The notes beneath the pieces are model-generated. The model saw nothing but the letters and a program-made list of their open reading frames with translations. It did no database searches and was not told where the DNA came from. From assembly GCA_024704765.1 (NCBI GenBank), contig JAKMXF010000332.1:900060-964059 (forward strand): DNA of 64,000 bases. The letters are read 5' to 3'. Within the stretch, counting starts at the first letter, position 1; each line of letters begins with the position of its first letter. The position numbers and the translations under genes are program-made. Shown here in pieces: positions 1-13,339 of the stretch. The stretch comes from Oopsacas minuta (lineage: Eukaryota; Animalia; Porifera).

Positions 1-534
1 CAAGTCATTCAATTCTCCCTTTGTACATGTTTGTGGCTCTAGTAATTCATCTTTCGGGACATAATTACCATCTGTAGAATCTGTATGAACATCTTCCATC
101 ATATCAGACCCGATTTTAATTTGCTGTGGCTTGGGAATTGGGATTGGTAATGAGATGTCGTGTGGAATTGGCCTGCGAGCAGAATCCAAGTCTGGGCAAA
201 CAAGAGCGTGCTTGTTCTTGGCTGAGAATCCTGTAATGTCGATAAGGCAAAAGTAACAATCATCAAGGTGATTTTTCTGTTCCCTCCAGACCATGGGTAT
301 TGCAAATGGCATTGAAACTTTCCTTTTGTTCAACCAATCACGTAGTCCACTTGAACAAGTAGTGCATATAACATGTGGTGCCCACGACTTGTCTTGGTCA
401 CCAAGTGGACATTCGAAGTATAATTTGTTTATGTTCTTTAATTGATTTGTGATTGGTCGTCTTTGTGATTTTACGCAAAAAAGACCACAAACGTAACAGA
501 AATTGTCGGGATGAGTTCTACAATTACGATGCAT
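1..534 (-). mobile_element. Chapaev3-type (CMC superfamily) transposase, N-terminal 178 codons, running off the window edge
   Basis: Manual translation from ATG at 534 is open to position 1 (absent from the ORF track because there is no stop in the window): MHRNCRTHPDNFCYVCG...LGDQDKSWAPHVICTTC...WREQKNHLDDCYFC...RPIPH...ELNDL. The family name rests on recalled motifs. Confidence 0.75.
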
Positions 535-1355
535 GTTTATAATTTGATTTGCTTGAATTCAAATAAGTAAAGTCATTTATATTCCAGATAATTGGATCAA
601 AATAGGCATGCTGATATAGCTATTTAGTAACTAGGTAATACTATACTGTTGAAAAAATGGATATTGGATTTCAGAATAACTAGAAGTGCTAGAGAAATTC
701 TGATTGCAGATTCGAGTTCAGCATTCAAAAGTATGCTAAGATAAATGTATGTGATCCCTGATGAGAAATCTTGTTGAGTTGTGTTATAAGTATGGGAGCG
801 GTATTTCAAATTCAATTGAATATATCTTAATTTCTAATACAAATTCAAACAATATACCGGTAATTGAATTAATAAGATAAGTATGAATAATATCAAAGGT
901 TTAGTAGTAAATCTGAATATAGAGTTCTAACAAGTGATTGAGTACCCAAAATTATTTAACTAATAATACTTCCAAATTCTTCTTGTTTATGGGGCTCAGA
1001 ATATTATAATTAACAATTTTATATATCTTACATTCCAGAACACGTTGCTTATAATATAATTATTACTTAATTCAAAGAATCATTTCAAATAGATATTTTG
1101 TTTACGATTAACGCTAGATTCGGATAAAACGATAGGTAGTTGAGGTAAAACTTCCCATTGTTCTTCAAAACAAGTACAATATATTCGCGGCGCTATAAAG
1201 TAAACATTTGCTCACTCAACTCAACTTAATTATATTTGGAACAAATTTCAATTTATTCCAAATAATTGATTGTATGCTACTGTAGATTTCAGGTACACAA
1301 ATTCAGCAACTTGTGAAGTAATTGTTACTTGCCAATTTGATTTGTTAAAATGTAT

Positions 1356-1429
1356 GGGAGCGGCGCTCCCACTACATGAAAAACTATGAGAACGGCGCTC
1401 CCACCCGCTCCCACAGCAGGACACCACTG
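1356..1429 (-). mobile_element. Isolated hAT-like terminus remnant
   Basis: Minus strand reads CAGTGGTGTCCTGCTGTGGGAGCGGGTGGGAGCGCCG with repeated GGGAGCG subterminal motifs; no partner end found. Confidence 0.35.
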
Positions 1430-1442
1430 CTACTATCCATTA

Positions 1443-2261
1443 GGTCTCACGGTGACAATTGAAATATGGACCAGGGATGGGGTCCCCGATCTACTGTGAA
1501 AATGGTGATTTCTTCTTTTATTGCCAAATATGGTCAAACCTAGTCTACCAATCATAGGACTACATATTATTAAGATAAATTGGGACCGTGGATGCAATTA
1601 CAGGTTGGATTTATTAATGAACCACAAGGTTAAATATTTAGTTTATTATTCAACCAAAACATTCGAAAATTTTATTTAATAAATAAATGTAGTAGAAAAT
1701 TATTCACTCGTCCTTAAGATATTCATATACTCATTTGCTCTTCGAATTCTGTCACTCTTGAACTTTTCCCTACTCTTCGCAAACTTGTATCCATTGAAGC
1801 GAATTGTTTAATAGCTAATAAAGTGAAAAATTACGATTCCAAGGTAGTTTTGAAAGGATTAGAGAAACGAATGTTAAAAAATTTAATTCTTAGTACTTTC
1901 ATTTGGCAGAACAGCTAACAGGTCCTATATTTAGGTTTTTCTCAGTAATTTTCTTTTCCATCAATTTCTACATGTAATTTAACTCAGTTGCAACTTCTTG
2001 TAGTTTCTATATAAGTTATTAACAATCAAAATACGAATTGTTACATTCCTGGTGAATTATATTTGGACAACATAATGATGGAAAATCCATCCATATTTCA
2101 TCCACAATTGCATCCATGGTCCCAATTTCTCTTAATAATATGTAGTCTTATGCTTAGTGGATTAGGTTTGACCATTTTGGCAATAAAAGAAGAAATCACC
2201 ATTTTCACAGTAGAGCGGGGGCCCCATCCCTGGTTCATATTTCAATTGTCACTGTGAGGCC
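1443..2261. mobile_element. PIF/Harbinger-like MITE with ~155-bp TIRs
   Basis: ~1443-1600 is the reverse complement of ~2105-2261 (GG(T/C)CTCAC(G/A)GTGACAATTGAAATATG...). TTA lies on both sides (1440-1442, 2262-2264). Confidence 0.8.
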
Positions 2262-4379
2262 TTATGTATAGTACGCTATGGTTGAATCTAAAACATAATT
2301 TAGTTAATAAAGTGAATACTTTGCAATTTTAATCAGAATTTCCCTCAAAATGACGAAATCTTTCCCCCAGAATCAAGGGCATCATTAAGTTGCTTGTGTT
2401 GCGGGTGCCTAATGCCAGCATTGCATCCAAGTTTTACTAGGAATTTTTCACAATAGCAAAAATATCTTGTATCTCATAGATATGATGTCTATATACCTAT
2501 TATAAGATTTTGCAATTCTTTACGTTTACATAAATATACATCGTAATCTATTTAAGGAATCACAAGTTGAAATCTCTATTAGGGTATAGGGTATTTTCCT
2601 AACTAAACAATATTATGCATGTTTTGTGTTGGAAACTCGTCGGACTGACCAAACTAAGACATAACAATAACAAAGTTCCAAATACCTAGTTTACTTTCTG
2701 AACAGGGGAGGAAAATGGGGGAAAGGTCCTCCCATAGACGTAATATTAAAGTCCTGCACATTTCCCATTAATGCTTTTGAAGAAGGAGTAATTGTTATGA
2801 TCAGTGGGTTGTTCTGCCATCAATTCTTGTATAGATCTAAACTTTGAAGCAGATTTGGCAATTAATATTCCCTAATTAAAAAGTTATAAATTTTTGAAGT
2901 GCGGTACACCAAAAATGAGCAAAAACCGAAGTCCTCAAGGCCTTGGGCCTAGTAGCAACAACATTATAGCCTCAATCATTCTAAATTTACTTCAGATTTT
3001 AGACAACATATCATATATAACGCACAAAAATTTTCAGAGCATAAAAACAAGTATTTCTTCATTAGCATTAGCCTGATTTGGAAAAAACATTGTTTTGAGA
3101 TAATTGAAGTTAAAGTTTTAGTACAAAATTTTTGTATATCTATATACATTTGTGGTGTTTCGTCCCGGCGAGGACTCATTGGTTAAGCTTTGCCTTGTCT
3201 TAAGACACCACATCGCTTTGGACTGGTCCATAAAATACAAAGTCAATCAAAAGTTGTGATAATCTCCAATCAAGGCAGGTTACATAATGGCGATCATCAA
3301 ATGATCAACCAATAGATTTGAAAATCTATATCAGGACAAAATCAGTCATGCGGCTAAAATAAAAATGCCAATAGTAGGTTGATTACTTATACCTACCAAA
3401 TTTCCACTTATAAACTACTTAAGATCTAAATTTTTGCATAAATATATATTTCATCGAATATTGTTCTCTCTGTGTCGGAAAAACTAAAATTACAATCTGC
3501 ACAGACAGCTTAATAATATAGTAATTAAGAGATACCAAGGAATGTTCAATTTTTGGCCTTGGCCCCACTGATACACAACTACTGCCATATTATCGGGAAA
3601 GAAGCCAGTCAATCAATGTAACTCGGATATAACACAACTAGGAATAGTCTTACTCTTGGTGTTCGTTTGCTTGTCCGTTGTCAGCGAAATGATTATGGTT
3701 TGTAAATTTACATCGAATCTCGCAATTATTTGGTTAACTATCTATGTATTGCTATTTTTATAGACTTTTCCTCAACGACCACAGTAAACTACCGTTATAA
3801 TGAAATGATTCTTTACCCCGTATAGGTTGAATTCAATTGATTACTACAAAAGTCTTACTACAAACTTACACTTATAATGAAATAAAATGGGGTCCTCCTG
3901 CAATGTTATTTGCTTAGTCTAATTTCATATCATTATTAGAATCTATTCGATGATAATATGTGAAATTATTCGAATGAATGGCCCTAAATATGATTTCAAT
4001 TTATCTTCAGCCAGCCAAATGCATCAAAATATTATAGTACAGTTATAATTGTAAATGAATTAGTAAAGTTCTGATATAGTATGCACTGAAGTAGTCAAAA
4101 GTCTTCTTGAACTCGACTAGTGCTCTATAAGTATTTACTAGTAGTTATTCAGAGCCTTAGTTTACTCAAGTCAATGAAATTTATTCATAATACTATTCGG
4201 TTTAATAATTCTGGACAATCAGTTCCAAAGTGCTAAAGTGCCAAAGTGCCGATTCATCTAATGGCCAGATATTTGTAATTATTCCCGTTCCTTATCAATG
4301 TGGTTTGTTAGATATATAATTTAACCACTTGTGATTAGATCCATTTTTAATTATTTTATTACCATGGATAATAGAATTT

Positions 4380-4992
4380 CACACTTGTAATCGAGTTAAT
4401 AGTACTAACTCAATCAAGAGGAACTTTCTCTCGATATAGGAAACTCCAATAAGCTAGGTGCATTGATAAAATTTGGATAATATAGACTAAATTTGAGATT
4501 AGTTTGGCAAATAAAATTCTATTTACCTGTGATTTTTATCAACATTGATTCACTGAAGACACAATACGATCCATTAGGCAGCAACATTAATCCCTCTTAT
4601 CCAACTATATAATCTTCTTGGCACAACCACACTAATTAACTATTCACTCCAAACATATAATTACTATTATTGTATAGGATTATATCCAGGCATGAAGGTG
4701 CCATATAATATTCTATCCCCCATAATAAATAGAAATCCATGAAAACAGGTTCCAACATCAATAAAGCGGCTTGAGTGATGCTGGAACAACAGCTATGCGA
4801 TTAAATAGTACACGAATGGTTTCTAACATACAACCTAACCTCGTGAATACGACACTAACGAACGGTCATATTGTTCCACCTTAGCCGTTAATACAAATTT
4901 ACCAACTATTGTAGGTAACAGACTATATGCAAATACATATTCGCCTTACCCAGAAGTTCTATTAACTGAATTCAAATTAATGAGATTGCACT
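4380..4992 (+). repeat. Internally deleted relative of the Merlin-containing repeat at ~7520-9373
   Basis: Shares blocks with ~7520-7700, with 8411-8460 (GGCAGCAA.ATTAATCCCTCT.ATCCAACTATAT) and with ~9150-9373 (CTATGCGATTAAATAGTACA...AACATACAACCTAACCTCG...). Confidence 0.6.
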
Positions 4993-5329
4993 CAGGGGTA
5001 TAGTCCTAGAAAAGATAGTAGGGGTGCTAACCTAGACAAACACCCATTGAAATTCAAAAGTACAATTCGTATATCATACAGTGTGTTCAAGTGTAACAAC
5101 ATAGTTCCACAACGCAACTCCTATTGCAAACAATCATTATAAATATCAACGTTATCGTTGCAGATAATCCAATATACAAGTGATAAAAACCGCCAGACAT
5201 ATTATTGAACTAACTAACAATATAGACATAGATAAACCAAGAAAAACCGTATTAATTAAACGGTTGAAAGAAACGCCATAGTTGATCTTCGTGTACGGTT
5301 TTTGCAGATAAACTATGTGTTTTGATTTC

Positions 5330-5700
5330 AGTTGCAAAACGATGTTTGCGCAACCATGCATTAGCATAGTCAGGTGGTTTCTAGCAGCTCTAAGGTGGTC
5401 CATTGAATTTGATGAACATCAATGATGATACATGATAAGCTACAGCTTGCTAAGCATGTCAGTGATAATAATGTTCATATGAGTAAAACCGCATTTACAT
5501 TCGGCTGTGTTGACGGAATATCTTTTGTGCACATAACAAATGGCTGCAAGTCATTAGGCATTTACGGCCGAAATTATGAACATAATCCTTGAATGCATTT
5601 AGAATCAGTCGAGATGGAAGATTAAAACGTGTACAAAGTTCTATTATTGCATCTTCACCAAATCTAGGAGGCAATTCAAAGGGCCTCAAAGCTACATCAA
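5330..5700 (-). pseudogene. hAT transposase C-terminal (dimerisation domain) relic
   Basis: Frame-shifted translation gives TAECKCGFTHMNIIIT and HVSSLMFIKFNGPP...DYANAWLRKH, matching the hAT STAxCERxFS...LMFIKxNGP pattern; stops present. Confidence 0.7.
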
Positions 5701-6426
5701 GCTCTGAACAATTCTACACGTTTGTACTATTCTAAAACTTTTCTATAGGTTATAGTTTTGTTGCTGTGGTTGAATGAAGAATATACATGTCGTCGGTAAT
5801 CAGTCAATTGTTCTTAGATGTTTAATATTTATTAGTTTTTAACAATAGGTTCTTTTAGTGCAGTATGTAATATAGATTCATCGAAAATCTAAATTTATGA
5901 ATTGGGACTAAAATGTATTATGAATATAGTACTATGATTGTTTTCGTGTTTTTGATAAATTTATTTTTCTTATCACTATGCTTGTATGCCTTTAGTTTGG
6001 TTAAATACATATTCTTTGTTAAAAAATCATGATTGTATCAACTCTGAGAGTGATGTTGTTAGTGTTGCCTGATATTTCAAGCCTCCTCCTTGTCTTATGC
6101 CCTCACCATAATCACCCTCCGATATCCTGCCGAGCTCTATTTTGGATGCCCTTTCATAGTTTTGGATTATATTGCAAATTGAATTTCACTTAGTTAGTTT
6201 AAATATTTTCATTATTTACTAATACATATTCCATTCATAACAGTACTCCTCAAAGTCAAGTGCAAGTCTCCTTAGACTATTTGAGAAAGTATACATTTTT
6301 GAAATTTCGCATATTTTTCTAATTACTATCCGTTCTAATTCTTTCCAGATTCCCGCATCCCAAATCAAGTATTAAAGAAATTTCGAATGGATTGTGTCTC
6401 AATAGTTCCTCACAAATGTGAATCGG

Positions 6427-7017
6427 TGCAATTGCAGAATTTTACATCTCCCCAACCTATATAATGTGGTCAAAAATCACTATATACATCGTTCGAGAAC
6501 TCGTTAAGAGAAGCTGATAGAGCTAAAAGTAACGAACTTTTTCCTTAGCTTAGTAAGCCAAATCTTATGGAGAAAATTGTATTATTTACTATGGTCGTTT
6601 TTATTGATGTATACATACAATTACCATATGAATGCTCATATTGTCGATATTAAGGTTATGCACATTTGCTACTATACTCTTTCATGTTCATTTGTTTAGT
6701 ATTAATTCGCAACACTAAATATACAATGCAACATTGCGTTGAATATTTTGCTTGCAACTAAATTGTATCCTGTTTATGAAGTCGTTCAAACGTTACCATA
6801 TTTGCCAACTATTCTGTTGGTTGGCGGGACATCCCGATTTTTCGCCCGGATATGTGTTTATTGCCAATGTGGCTAATGACTGGCCAAAACTTGCCACCAC
6901 CCTTAATTGTCCCTCTATTTTGTAGTCCAGTCTAATTCAAATATGCTACATACAACGATTTCCAGCTCAATTAGACCCTGTTTTCCGATTTTTTCTTCAC
7001 TCAGATTGGTAAGTATG
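6427..7017. repeat. Left arm of an old ~590-bp inverted duplication; its inner 221 bp (6797-7017) is a MITE-like unit with CATA(C/T)TT(G/A)CCAA(C/T) ends
   Basis: 6427-6810 matches the reverse complement of 12452-12857, and ~6804-7017 matches the reverse complement of 9414-9629. Confidence 0.75.
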
Positions 7018-8039
7018 GGGTTGACACTTGACACTGTAATACCCCGAGTATATTTAGCCAATTCAAGGCAAAAGTATATTTTGGATAGCAGAGTATACGA
7101 TGGGTGGTGGTGTTTGCCTGGACCAAATGTGTGGTGTAAAATGTCTATTATGGGTCAACTTAAGCAAGTGTAATCAGTTTGTAACTGCAACACACTCTTA
7201 TTATAACTTATTGCTCTGGACCGGTACGGACCCGGTTTTATTTCGTAATCTCCGACTTTGGATGTATGCGGAGTAAGATCAATTATTTCAAGCGAATGGG
7301 GCTAATGAATCACTTTGTTATCGTGAGAGTTTAGCCATTTAATTGATATTAGCAACAACGGAAGTTTACAGTACAGGGACTTATGAGGTGGCGTAACAGA
7401 ATAATCTGCAATTTATATTAATGGTGAGATGTGATGAATGCTGCAACAGTAACCATGTGATTCCTGCGTCCCTACTATACCAGTATTGCTAGACAGTCAA
7501 CTCTGCGTCATTAGGGCAAACTCTTGTAATTGAGTGAAATTAGTAATTCAATCAGACAATTTTCTCTTGAATTAGGAATTTTAATAAGCTAGGTACGTAC
7601 TAGGTACATTGCCAAATTGTGGATTAATATGGCCAAATCCAATTTTATTTCCTTGTGATTGTTATCAACATTGATTAGCGGATGACAATATAACGATCCG
7701 AATGAGAAATTATTGGATTGGGGATTATTTACATAACTGTTCTTTTACAACCAACAATCACTTACCATGTAGCAAATTTGCTTGGGATTAAACATGAGAA
7801 GTGTGGTACAAATTTGTGGTTTCAGATTTAATTTTTATTGAATAGATTAATTGATGTGTTCATAGTTATTCCAGCATCAATTAGATAAAAATTTGGAATT
7901 ATTGGACTGCTGTTTGTCTGGTTACTGAGTTGAACAACAAATGGTTTAGGAAAGTGGCACGCAAACCATTTATAATTATTACCTATAATTGCTGAATACA
8001 TTCCATACGATCATACAATGCATTTCGATTAATCCTAAG

Positions 8040-8720
8040 TAAAGTATGAAAATTCGCTTCCATGAGGATTGGTTCATTTATTGAAGGTGATCATATACCA
8101 TTAACTGAGTTGGTAGAATTCCTTTATTTCTGGGCTGATAATCTGCAAAGTACTGCATTTTTACACAAGAATGGGGTGGGGAGAGCATACTACAACTGAC
8201 TAGACGAATTTTTCTCAGAGCCCTATGTGTTTAGGAATTTTTAGTCAATCCTCAACCAATTGGAGGGCCTGCGCCTATTTTAGAAATTGATGAATCAAAA
8301 TTTCTACATCGAAAGTATTGAAGAGTTCGTATGCTCTCAGGTCAATAGTTAATTGGAGGGATAGATAGAGAAATATAAGATTCATTTATTAAACCAATTC
8401 AAGGCAGTTCGGCAGCAAAATTAATCCCTCTCATCCAACTATATATTCTTCCGGGCACTACAATCTTTTCTGACAAATGGGCTTCGTATCTTGCTATCCC
8501 TGCTGCAACTTTTCAACATCTCAGCGTCAACCATAGCCTCAATTTTGTTGATCCTACCACAGGAGTACATACTCAAACAGTTGAGAGTATATGTGGTAGA
8601 GCGAAGAAACGACTGAAGAATTGTATGACTACTAACCCCATACTGTTAGATACTCACTTATCTGAAGTTTGTTTACCGAAAAAATACGGACGAGCTAGTC
8701 TCTCAAACCTAATCATGGAA
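8040..8720 (+). pseudogene. Merlin (IS1016/ISXO2-like) transposase relic
   Basis: Translation gives PIGGPAPILEIDESKFLHRKY...LIGGIDRE...ILPGTTIFSDKWASY...HLSVNHSLNFVDPTTGVHTQTVESI, the typical ISXO2/Merlin DDE motif series, with several stops. Confidence 0.85.
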
Positions 8721-9629
8721 ATATGGAACAATATCCAGTTGTCTAATTGTTGTTTTGATAGTTAATTCGGTTACCAGTAATTAGTACCATACTTCTAGCT
8801 TCTGCTTTTTGTGTTTCTTTTGTGGCAGTATATGCTATATTGTAGATTCTTGTTTAAAGGAGTAAATAGAAAACTTAATACTAATTATTTGCTCCACAAT
8901 AACTACTACCCATAGTAATAAATCCAGAGTATGAAAGAGTCCCCTTTATGTGATTCAGGAGTGTAAGGTGTAGCAGCGGATACACACTGGAGCAAATCCT
9001 ATTTAATTGCAAACAATTTACAAATTTCATCACTATTCTGTATCTAATTCAGTATTCTTGATGTAAAGAGCGGGTGCTGGTACACTTGTATAATTCACCA
9101 TTCATTGAAATGGTTTGAGGTTGCTTGTTGCAACATTACTAACGCAACTTGAGAGAAGCTGGACCAATAACTATGCGATTAAATAGTACATGAATTGTTT
9201 TTAACATACAACCTAACCTCGTTGATACGAACACAAACAAACGGTCAAAATTGGTTCGCCTTAGCAGGAGTAATACAATTGAAAAATCATTGTAGGTAAC
9301 AAACTATATGCAAATATATGTGCGCCTTATCCGGGAGTCTATTAACTGGGTTCGAATTAACGAGGTGCCACTGCATACATAGAGGCCTTTGGGGAATCTT
9401 GTGTTAAGAAACGCATACTTACCAACCTGAGTGAAGAAAATTCGGGACATAAGGGTCTAATTGAGCGAGACATCGTTGGATGTAGCATATTTGCATTAGA
9501 CTGGATTACAAAATAGAGGGACAATTAAGAGTTGTGGCAAGTTTTGGCGGGACATTAGCCTAATTGGCAATCAACACATATTCCAGGGCTAGAAATCTGG
9601 ATGTCCCGTCAACCAACAGAATAGTTGGC

Positions 9630-12451
9630 TGGATTTCATGCAGAGGGTGGGGTGCTCAGGGATTTCCCCTTCCAAAATTGTATTCCCCCCATTAAAATTT
9701 GGCCATATACGGTATATACCATTATTACATATAACGGTGGGAAACATTCATTAGTGTTACCTACAAAAACTAATTTAGAGATTAATACGACAATTTTTCT
9801 CTTTGAAAATTGCAAGAATCTCATTAAACACTGACTGTAGTTCCGGGCCTTCTATAGCGATCCTCATTAGCCTTGACAACTACAATCAGCCAACCGATTT
9901 CTAAGTCTAGTCATTATCATTTTCATCTGGCTAAATTAAAGTTCAACTGGTGCAGTTCCAACGGGCAAAAATAAAAATCTGAATAAGATTAAATGTCTCT
10001 GGGAATATACTTGCAAAGGATGTGCAAAACATCATAGAGGCTACCACATCCTGCATACTCGGAATCTCTGGTGTCTCTTTTAGTGATTAATCTTTCTTTC
10101 TCATGGAGCATTGCCCTTTGTATACTTTGCATTCAGAAACTAAATCTTCAGTATTCAATATTGGGGGGGATGTGTAAATGGTTCCTTCAGCGTAGAGAAA
10201 TCAGCTTTTTTGTTCTGCATGAATGTATTCAGCTTCGCATCCAGGTCAAGAATTTCTGAGAGGAGAACTATGCCACTAATTCCAACTAGACTTGCGAAAA
10301 TAGTGTTAATACCAAATGCTTCGCATCACCAGAATTTTCATGCAATTGTTGAATAGTAATAATGTGTGCTTCTAGTGCCTTGTGGATAGCCCGACGCAGA
10401 GTTCATGGAAAAGCTAACGAGTATCACTTGGTATTCTTATCTTGAGTTGTGGCAAATTCAGAACCATTTGGATCTCTTTGAGAGTTTCAGCTTTCTTGGG
10501 AGAGTAATAAAATTTTCCAAAGATTTGTCATCAGTTCGAATACCTTTTGTATTTCTGGTATTTTTATGCTGCTTCCATGCTAGCAAGCTGGAGCCTGTGG
10601 AATATACTGTGAATATACAGAGCATGGCCTGCATGTGTTCGAATTCGTTTCTGAACCAGAGTATTCACACCTGCAGATGTTGCTTCCCCATCATATGCTT
10701 GACCAACAAGTTTCCTATATTCAAATCCTTTCTCTTCAATATATGAAGTGAGTGCCTTGGGAATTGATTCAGCATCTGTGTAGTTTACATGTATAACAGT
10801 CATGAAGTGTTCTGTGGGTTGACCATCCACTACCCACCTACAAAAGATAGATAATTCTTCATGGGAAGAAACATCTGCACACTAATCTGCCATGATTGTG
10901 AAATAAGAACTCGAGTTCAAGCTATTTTACAAATTTCGTTCAATCCAAAAGTCAATCGCTTCAATGATGTTTGTTGCTGAGAAAGAAGATATGTATTGTG
11001 AATTACGTCCACCTTTCTCAGTGTGATGTTTTGAGTAATTCATCGCCATTCGCAATGAGGAGTTCCACTAAATTTCCGTATGTGGTGGTATGAGGAATGT
11101 GATTCTTAGCTAAAAGTACGCAGATCTAATGAGTTCAGTAGTATCTCACGGTTTCTTATTCGTTTCTCTTCTGATTCCTTAACGGCATGAGAGCACTACA
11201 TCTGGAGAACATTTTGATGAGTTGCAGCCTGTTCAGACATTTTGGAAACTACTAGGGCATTAGGATCGTACGATCATTGATCACTCGATCACGATCGCGA
11301 TACTTTTTGACGATCTGGCGACGATCGGCGATCATTGTCTCATTAAGGATCGAATGTAAGATCGCGATCCTTTTTTGCACAAAAATTTTAATTAATTTTT
11401 GTATACTTTGAATGCTACTATCATTCGCGTTTTTTATACTTAGGTAATTGCTCCATGTGTTCAAATAGCAGTAATATTCGTTCCTAGAATACGTTGATTC
11501 TCCACCTATGTTTCTTTTTGGCATAAGAAATGATGTAACTATCAAAAATATATGTCTTGAATATTACACAAACTATCGGAAAAATGATCGAGATCGGGTT
11601 CGCGATCTTGTTTAACACGATCGAATAATGCCTTAGAAACTACGATCGTGTCTCTATCCCATTCAGAACTGTTGTGCTGTTTTAGCATGTCTGTGGCATG
11701 ATTCCAGTCCCTTAGACCTCTTGTTGTCCATGCTCCTCTTGCTGAAGCAGGAGGGTCACACTTTCCTGACATACTCTCAGAACATTCCATCTTTAGCATT
11801 CTCAAAGTAGACCCAATCATATTTCATTTCCCAACGAGAATTGTATGTTAGGTGAGATTTGTACTCAATCTTTTGCTGAGCTTTGCTTAGTTCTGGAGCA
11901 TGGACAGAAGTTGACAGCATAATGGATTGTGGTGTGGATGGCAACAATCTTTGGGATTTTTGAAGTTATATGGACTGGTTTCTACTTCTTCCCACACAGA
12001 TTCCATCAATTCATATTTCATATTATCATCACTACCGCTCTCTACGTCAGTTTCCTTAGCTCTCTTTCTCGGCAAAACTTATCCATTCTAAATATTTATC
12101 TAATATAACTTTTAAAATAGCACTGTCGTCTTAAATAAAGCAGCAACAGCCGGAATCACACTTTAAGCAGGGGACAATCACAGACAATGTCATGCTATTG
12201 TATCGACTGATCAAATTTCTATTTGAAGTCACTTTCATTATGAAAAATACATAATAAGACAAAGGGAAATCCTTAGCCCCAGTGAACACAATATACTTGC
12301 AATCGATTATTAAATAGGAACGTCTGAGATAATGCTTGAAAGATTAAATCCTTCTGCCTAAGTACTTCAAATCCCTCACACTAACAGCAAGCAACTAGAA
12401 CAGCCTCAACTAATTTCCCTCCTCAGGTAAAAAATCCTGTAGACAACCCTG
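9630..12451 (-). mobile_element. Decayed hAT element (ZMYM1/DUF4371-like transposase) inserted into the right arm of the inverted duplication
   Basis: Transposase fragments ...GLRDWNHATDMLKQHNSSEW..., FLAKNHIPHTT...YFTIMAD.CADVSSHEELSIFCRWV, LVGQAYDGEATSAG...ALYIHSIFHRLQL. End CAGGGTTGTCTACAG at 12451 (-), degraded partner ~9630; GTTGGC flanks both ends. Confidence 0.85.
11253..11635. mobile_element. GATC-rich hAT-type MITE nested inside the hAT transposase gene
   Basis: Perfect 8-bp TSD GAAACTAC (11245-11252 and 11636-11643); ends TAGGGCATTA / TAAGGCATTA; the transposase frame is continuous across the excision point. Confidence 0.88.
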
Positions 12452-13339
12452 GTTGGCAAGTATGGCAATGTTTGAACGACTTCATATACATGATGCAATT
12501 TAGTTGCAAGCAAAATATTCAATGCAATGTGCATTGTGTTTTTAGTGTTGCAAATTAATAGTAAACAAATGGACCTGAAAGAGTAGAGTACCAAACGTGT
12601 ATAACCGCAATATCAACAATATGGGGATTCCTATGGTAATTGTATGTATACATCAATAGAATTTGACCATAGTAAATAATACACTTTTCCTCGTAAATTT
12701 TGCTTGGTGAAGAACTTTTTCGTTACTTTTTGTCAATTTTCATCCGATTTTCGAGTTCTTTAGCTCTATCAACTTCTCTCAATGAGTTCTTGAACGATGC
12801 ATATAGGGTTTTTGACCACATTAAAAATGTTAGAGGTGCAAGATTCTGCAATTGTACCCACTTTACCTCTTTTTACCCGATTTCAACTACGATGTGCTTC
12901 TATCCCTGGGTTCATAGCTATCGAGAATCTCCATGGTATTAATCCCTATTGCTGAACCTCTTCCTCCAAATCTCGGGGAGTTTACTTCTGACGGTTTAGT
13001 GTTTGTATAACGTAACTTTTCACCGCTTTCTAACTTTTCGCCATAACTATCACAGTATCCGAACTACAGTTCAATATGTTCAATCGATACCTTGATTATT
13101 CGTTGTCGCCCTGCCTCTTTCTAATTCTCACTCATATGATAGTTTGGCTTATACAATTCCACACGTTCATTGACCTGCCATCATAAATTTCCCATAAAAA
13201 TTAGGTACGATGCTCATATTATTCACAGTTCCCTACTTACCATTTTCGTATTTCGTACTTCGTACTTCGTATTGACACTGTTTCAGTTTTAGTTGTTTCA
13301 CCTATTTGATTTCATTTTTTATATGTTCTACTAGACATA

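Noticed and set aside
2760-3100. Coding-like composition on the minus strand
   Set aside because: Multiple stops and no recognisable motif.
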